Below are positions 56,976-64,000 of a stretch of DNA of 64,000 bases, piece by piece. The notes beneath the pieces are model-generated. The model saw nothing but the letters and a program-made list of their open reading frames with translations. It ran no database searches and was not told the DNA's origin. Each line of letters begins with the position of its first letter. Position 1 is the stretch's first letter. Origin of the DNA: Octopus vulgaris (Eukaryota); the NCBI GenBank assembly GCA_951406725.2, contig OX597814.1, forward strand, positions 145,018,001 through 145,082,000, in the 5' to 3' direction. Made by a program: the position numbers and the translations under genes.

Positions 56976-57417
56976 GTTATTATTATTATTATAGAAGATA
57001 TATATATATAATAATATAAATAATATATAAATATAAGCATATATACATACATATATGTACATACCTACATATATATATGTATATATAGATGCATATATGG
57101 GTACAGGACATAAAAAAAAACGTTGAACACAATGAGAAACGAAAACATAAAAACAAAAACATAGAAACAAACTTTTTTTCAAACAACGAAAAAAACAGAG
57201 AAACGTGAAATACAGTATAAAGAATATTCCCCTTCTTCAGTTGTCCCTGTTTCATCTACTCCACGTTTCGAAGGTAAGTACAAGAGAGGGAGAGAGACAG
57301 ACAGAGAAGAGATAGTAAATGTAGAGGAGTACACATCGTAATTATTAAAATAAAACTTACTTGAAAAAGGATGCGTGGTGTTCGATCATATAATAATATA
57401 AAGGATATATATATATA

Positions 57418-57460
<43 letters not shown>

Positions 57461-57463
<3 letters not shown>

Positions 57464-57655
57464 GGTCCCGGGTTGAGTCGGGGTTAACCACAGTAAATAA
57501 GGTACTCAATACATAGCAGAGTAAATTAATTTATTTTATAGAAGGAGCTTCTACAGGACTAGAACTGTTTCATTCAAAAGAAATCATCAGGAAGCTTCCT
57601 GATGATTTCTTTTGAATGAAACAGTTCTAGTCCTGTAGAAAGCTCCTTCTATAAA

Positions 57656-57661
<6 letters not shown>
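57461..57661. mobile_element. 133 bp spacer-less palindrome (57529-57661) plus left tail inside (TA)n; PLE pseudo-LTR-like
   Basis: Centre GAAG|CTTC at 57594/57595; the arms differ by one A. Tail at 57461-57528. Confidence 0.75.
57546..57596 (-). ncRNA. Hammerhead-ribozyme-like motif (mirror copy 57593-57644 plus)
   Basis: AGCTTC CTGATGA TTTCTTTTGAAT GAAA CAG-TTCTAGTC-CTG TA GAAGCT. Canonical core, 6 bp stem I and stem III ACAG/CTGT. Stem II is weak (TTC/GAA). Confidence 0.6.
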
Positions 57662-57686
<25 letters not shown>

Positions 57687-57690
<4 letters not shown>

Positions 57691-57772
57691 GTGAAGGGAA
57701 GAAATGGAGCTGAACGAAGATTCTACAACATTCCTTTTTATTATTTTCTACACATGTTTCAAAGGCTGCAAA
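57687..57772. repeat. 86 bp repeat, directly repeated at 63915-64000
   Basis: TTTAGTGAAGGGAAGAAATGGAGCTG...CATGTTTCAAAGGCTGCAAA occurs at both places. Confidence 0.9.
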
Positions 57773-57775
57773 TTC

Positions 57776-58512
57776 TCATGGCATCCAACAACATCAGAGA
57801 CCTGGGAGTAACAGTGGACAACAACATAAGCTGGGCTACACATATAAGCAGCAAAGTTGACATGGCCCGCAGAATGTGTTTCTGGATTCTCAGAACCTTC
57901 CAGTCGAGAGATTCCCACGCTATTATCCTTCTCTTCTCCACTTTTGCCCGACCCCACCTTGAATACTGCTGTCTACTGTGGTCTCCCTACACAAAACAAA
58001 ATACTATGAGAATTGAAGCTCCCCAAAGGTCAATCACAAAAAAGATAGATGGCATGTCAGACCTTGACTACTGGGGTAGACTAGAGAAGCTGAAATTGTA
58101 TTCACTCCAACGACGCCGTGAACGTTACATTATCTGTATGATGTGGAAAATATTCCACCAGCACTGTCCGAATGATGTTGGCATCACCTTCAAAATGCAT
58201 CCAAGGCTTGGACCACGTGCCATCCGTCAACAACAAAAATCTAAATCGCATCACATAACGACAATACGGCACAACTATTTCACCTCAATTGGACCTGCTC
58301 TCTTCAACATTACACCAGGGCACGTCAAAAAAGAAACTGACCATTCAAAATTCAAGAAGTCTTTGGACAAATTCCTTCAAACAGTACCGGACAAACCACC
58401 CACACCCGGATATGTCTCCGCAAACAATAACTCTCTGCTCGAATGGGCCTTGGTGCCCAAATCCTGAACTGAAAGACTTCACCAGGTGGTGCTATTAAGT
58501 TAGACATGGCCT
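57776..58512 (+). mobile_element. 5'-truncated CR1/L2-group LINE (RT C-terminus still open)
   Basis: NIRDLGVTVD..RPHLEYCCLLWSP..RLEKLKLYSLQRRRER is homologous to the minus element at 59020-59700. Confidence 0.9.
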
Positions 58513-58519
58513 AAGTACT

Positions 58520-58923
<404 letters not shown>

Positions 58924-59019
58924 TATATACTTTGATACTTTGATACTTTGATAGGTTTCGGCCATTATTGGCCCAGGCCATGTCTAACTTAATAGCACCA
59001 CCTGGTGAAGTCTTTCAAG

Positions 59020-62000
59020 TCAGAATTTGGGCACTATGGCCCACTCAAGTAGAGAGTTATTGTTTACAGAGACATATCCGGGTGTAGGGGGTTTATCCGG
59101 GATTTCTTGAAGGAATCTGTCCAAAGACTTCTTGAACCCTATAGGGTCAGTTTCTGTTTTAATGTGTTTTGGTGTAATGTTAAAGAGAGCGGGGCCAATT
59201 GAGGTGAAATAATTGTATATTGTTGTTATGAGATGAGAGTGCGATTTTTGTTTTGGGCGGATGGCACGGGGCCCAAGCCTTGGATGTACCTTAAAGGTGA
59301 TGCCAACATCATTTGGGCAATGCTGATGGAATATTTTCCACATCATGCAGATGATGTAGCGCTCACGACGACGTTGGAGAGAATAGAGTTTTAGCTTTTC
59401 TAGTCGACCCCAATAGTCGAGGCCTGTCATGCCATCTATCTTTTTGTGATTGCCCTTTGAGGTGCTTCAACTTTTATGATACCTTGTATTGTGTGGGGAG
59501 ACCACAGTGGACAACAGTATTCAAGGTGGGGTCGGGCAAAAGTGGAGAAGAGAAGGATAATGGTGTGGATATCTCTCGACTGGAAAGTTCTGAGAATCCA
59601 GGAACACATTCTGCGGGCCATGTCAACTTTGGTGTTTATATGAGTGGCCCAGCTTACGTTGTTGTCCACAATTACTCCCAAGTCTCTGATGTTGTTGGAC
59701 GCCGCGAGAGTTTCACCTGAAGGAAGGGAGTATGGGAGTTTCAGGGCATCCTCTTTTCCAAAGTGGATTAGCTCAAATTTATCCTCGTTCAGCAGCATAT
59801 TGTTTTTTTCTGCCCATTGGATAACAGCCAGTAGATCTGACTGAAGGCATGTCCGGTCACTCGCCTCATTTATGACCTTCTGTAGCTTGGAGTCATCTGC
59901 AAAGATTTTTATGTTGCTGTGCTTGATGATGTCATTAATGTCATTAATGTAAATGATGAAAAGAAGTGGGCCCAGCACAGTGCCTTGCGGAACGCCACTA
60001 CTGACTTTGGCTGGGCTTGATTTTACCCCTTCAACTACAACATGTTGAGATCTGTCTGTCAGGAAACACTTAATCCATTTCAGTAACTTTCCAGAGACAC
60101 CAATGTTGGATAGTTTTTTCAATAGGATCTTGTGATCGACCCTGTCGAAGGCCTTACTGAAATCAAGGTAGATGACATCGGTGTTGGAGCCCTCTCCCAA
60201 AGCTCTCAAAATGTCCTCAAAGTGATGCAGGAGCTGCGTTAGGCAGTCCCTTCCATTACGGAACCCATGTTGGTTGGAGATCAGCCGTCTGTTGCTTTCC
60301 AGAAATTGGGTTATTTGAGATCTCACCACCCTCTCAAATACCTTGATGATATGAGAGGTGAGTGAGATCGGACGGTAATTCACTGCAAGGGACTTGTTTC
60401 CCTTTTTGAAAACTGGGACAACAGACTGGGACAGAAGGTTTTTTGGAATATAGCCAGCATCCAGTGAGTTTCTCCACAGATTAGCAAGGGGAGATGCAAG
60501 TTGGTGTCGACACACCTTCAGGACACAAGCAGGGAACCTATCGGGGCCTACTGCTGAATTGTGTTTTATTTCGTTTATCGCCGCTAAGACATCAGGGGCA
60601 CTAAACGTTATGTCCGATATAGTGTGTTGGGGGTTGACATCACTGATACAGCCCAGATCGGCCATATCAGGATTGCTGAAAACAGAGCAGTATTGTTTCT
60701 GCAGTATCTCGGCCATGGATTTGGCATTATCTTGGAGAGTGCCAGTTTCGTCAATTAGAGGGCCTACAGTGGAGACAGTGACCCTGCGTTTCCTCGCAAA
60801 TGAAAAGAACACTTTGGGGTTGAGTTTGATTTTTTCAATGGCCCACTTCTCCTCAGCTGATCTTTGGTTATTGATGAGGGACTTCATGCATTGTTGGAGG
60901 TTATATTTTTTGGATTCAAGCAGTGCGATAGCCGTCGAATGTGTGTGTTGCTGTTGGCAGTACTTTAGTTTGTTAATTTTTTTGTTTGTTCTTTTTATTT
61001 TTCTGATAATGGTTTTTCTGTTTTGGGGGATTCTGCACTTTTTGTTCACAGGTCTTGGTGGGGAGTGTTTTGCACATATGTCTGTGACGGTGTCTACAAA
61101 GATCTGCCAAGATGTTTTATGGTTGGTGGAGATGTGTGTATGTGTAAAGGACCAGTCAACATTTGATAGCTCGTTCCTGATTGCATCCCAGTTGGCTTTA
61201 TGGAGATCCATGTTGTCAAATGGGTGGGCTGGAGGAAGGTCACTAGGATTAGCTTTCGGCTGGTGGAATTTCATGTTACAGAGAACCATGTCATGGTCTG
61301 AAAGAAGGGTTTTTTCCACTGTAACGTTATGTATAGTGTTAGTGTGGTTACTAAACACTAGGTCCAAAATGTTCTGATGTCTTGTTGGTGCAAGGACAAG
61401 TTGGGACAAGAAAAACTCATTCGTAAAGTCGAAAAGTGACTCTGCTGCTTCTTTGTCAGCGGTTGAGGCGGGAGTGCTTGGTTTCAAACAGTTTGTAGTC
61501 CAGTCAACACAGGGTAGATTGAAGTCTCCCATCATGAGTATGTTGCTAGAATGGCACTGTTGAATAAAGCACTTAATGCTGTTGAGGCATTCTTTAAAGC
61601 ACAGTATGGGTGTTTGGGGCGGCCTATAGAACCCAATTACTGTCAGATCATTGGCTTTGTTGTGCACGGTGACTGATTCACAGTAGCCGTTGGAGAATAT
61701 ACTATTTCCATCTGCCGTAAATGAATCATGCAGGAAAATGGCAGTTCCACCCTTCCTCCTGCCGATACGATCCGCGCGGATGGTTGTGAAATTCTTCACT
61801 CTCACTTCGGCTTCCAAGTGGGAGTTGTCAAGGTGGGTCTCAGTGAGAATGAAGAAAGGGATGTGGTGTGAATGGTTACCAACCCAGTCTTCAATGAATT
61901 GGACCTTCCATTTTTGTGCATTGATGGAAGGGCTGACACCTTGTGCATTGAGTAGGAATGTGGAGGTTAGTGTAGTGGCTGGTTTTGACTGTTGCAGGGG

Positions 62001-62135
62001 GCTTGGATTTTTTGTGTGTGTTAGTGGCAGCAATGTGGGGAATTGGTGCACTGGGGTAATAGCATAGGATGGTGTTGAGTGATGGCTAGAATGTTTTTGT
62101 GTATCTCTTTTGCCATGTTCAACATGGCTAAAAAA
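59020..62135 (-). CDS. LINE ORF2: apurinic-like endonuclease plus reverse transcriptase (one 1 bp frameshift near 59441)
   Basis: APE motifs LLNAQG, LTETHL, FYRPP, MGDFN, LDLVF and SDH. RT motifs YRPISLTS, QHGFR, YLDFSKAFD, GVPQGTVLGPLLF and FADD. The C-terminus continues in ORF 59020-59430. Confidence 0.92.
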
Positions 62136-63249
62136 GAATTTTCCTGCTTAGGGAGCAGTTTTTGGCTGGAGGTGTGGTTGCACTGTTGGATAGGGTTGTA
62201 GTTTCCACTTTTGTTGTTGTTGTTTTTGTGTCTTCCTGAAAAGACTGGACCAGCATTACTGCAGCATGGTGTGTTTCTATTTTTATTGTTATTCAGGTTT
62301 GTGTGTTGGCTTGAGGCCCCGTTTCTGTTTGTGCGTCGGGTCCCTGGAAGATGAGTGAAGGGACAGTCACTCAGTAGACATGTTCTCTCACGTTGGGAAT
62401 ACCGGCAGATTTTGGGACTCCGAGTTGTGTGTGTTTTGAATTTCGATTTACTATTTGGTGGTGTTGATGTTATTGTGGGATGCGTGCTTTGGCCTTGGCC
62501 GGTAGTGCGTCTAGTGCCGGGTAGATGCGTGAAGATGCAGTCACTATTTGTGCAGAGTCTCTGGCGCAGTGAATAGCGGCATATTTGGGGATTTCTTGTT
62601 TGTGCCGTGGGGGGCGCATTCTGCTTCCTATGTTTCTTTAAGTTTTTGTTACTGCAGTAGTATTGAGGTGGTGATGTGGGGGAAGAGGGCAGTGGTTTCT
62701 TATTTGGTTTTCTGTTGGTATTTTTGGTGATAGAAGACGATGGTGGCAGCGGTGGTGATGATGATGATGATAATTGTGGTGGTTGCTGTGAGAGCGGTGA
62801 AAAGATACTGGCATTTAGTGAATCGTCTAGTAAGCTAGAGTTGAGGAGTGGCTGTTGTTGTTCTTGTTGCTGTGGCTGTTGTTGTTGTTGTTGTGCCTGA
62901 CCGATGTCAGGGTCAGCCATTGTGCTGGGAACCAGGAGTGGCTCATTCTGTTGTTGTTGTTGTTGTGGCTGCTGATTTTCTAGCTGTTGTTGTTCTTGAA
63001 CTGTGAAAATATGTAGAAGCTTTTCATAATGGCCTCTTATCAGTTTGAAAGATACTTCGATATGTTTCAACTTGCTACGAATCTGTTTGACGGATCGTGT
63101 GTTGACCACTTGTGATGTTTTTTCGGCAATCTCATTCAAACACAAGACATTTAGATTTTCTGTTTGGGAAGAGAGAGCCATGTGTTTATTAAAACATCAA
63201 TTTCGTTATCAGACCAATTTCGTCTGTTGCAGGCCTGCAAGTTAGTCAT
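62021..63249 (-). CDS. LINE ORF1: Myb/SANT-like N-terminus, polyQ/Ser-Pro linker, two CCCH zinc fingers (probable 1 bp frameshift near 63175)
   Basis: ATG at 63249 gives MTNLQACNRRNWSDNEIDVLINTW, continuing in the tracked frame as EIAEKTSQVVNTRSVKQIRSKLKHIEVSFK. Two C-x8-C-x4-C-x3-H motifs, each followed by LPGTRRT. Confidence 0.75.
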
Positions 63250-63450
63250 GTTTGTTTTTCTTTTGTTTGTTTTCCTTTTGATTTTTGAAAATATATATTC
63301 TTTCTTGGGAGTTAAAGAAGTGTATATATATATAAATGTTCTCTCTTAAGGGTGTGAGTTTTTGATTATTTGGTTGTTTGAGGATATTAAAAGAAAAACA
63401 GGTGTATATAACAATTTGTAGTTAAATGAAAACGTACTTACGGGTTTGTA

Positions 63451-63760
<310 letters not shown>

Positions 63761-64000
63761 TATTGAAATGGATAAATGATTTATCTTGTTACGGATTATT
63801 CAAAATTTAACCGATACCTGGGTAGCAAAAATCACAACAGAAAAAACACGGTTGAGGTTACGACCATGGGGTGTCGCAACCGTGCCTTAGCGCGGATAAT
63901 TGAAGTTTTATATATTTAGTGAAGGGAAGAAATGGAGCTGAACGAAGATTCTACAAAATTCCTTTTTATTATTTTCTACACATGTTTCAAAGGCTGCAAA

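Noticed and set aside
60559-62067. Plus-strand ORFs of 272 aa and 125 aa
   Set aside because: Antisense to LINE ORF2, with no independent motifs.

Overview
AT-rich, microsatellite-dense eukaryotic DNA made almost entirely of repeats. The SINE, LINE and Penelope mix suggests a mollusc, most likely an octopus (inference). I can support no host protein-coding gene, and most ORF-track entries are translations of (TA)n, (CA)n or (TACA)n. Elements present: a near-intact CR1/L2-group LINE (58.9-63.4 kb, minus), two 3' fragments of it, a full-length frameshifted Tc1 (DD34E, long TIRs), mariner and other Tc1/mariner remnants, MITEs, two R4/Dong-like fragments, RTE and Helitron remnants, three tRNA-derived SINE families, and Penelope-like (PLE) remnants. 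Three signals stand out. (1) Five fold-back elements (1.8, 7.2, 31.2-35.7, 48.4 and 57.5 kb), four of them inside (TA)n, each carry a minimal hammerhead-ribozyme motif and a one-sided tail; one is a 4.5 kb non-coding element. (2) In the LINE, ORF2 has no early AUG and overlaps ORF1 in the -1 frame at a U_UUU_UUA heptamer plus hairpin; ORF1 has a Myb/SANT-like N-terminus and two CCCH fingers. (3) A covarying 3' stem-loop is shared between this LINE and the commonest SINE. All calls come from reading by eye; no searches or folding programs were run.
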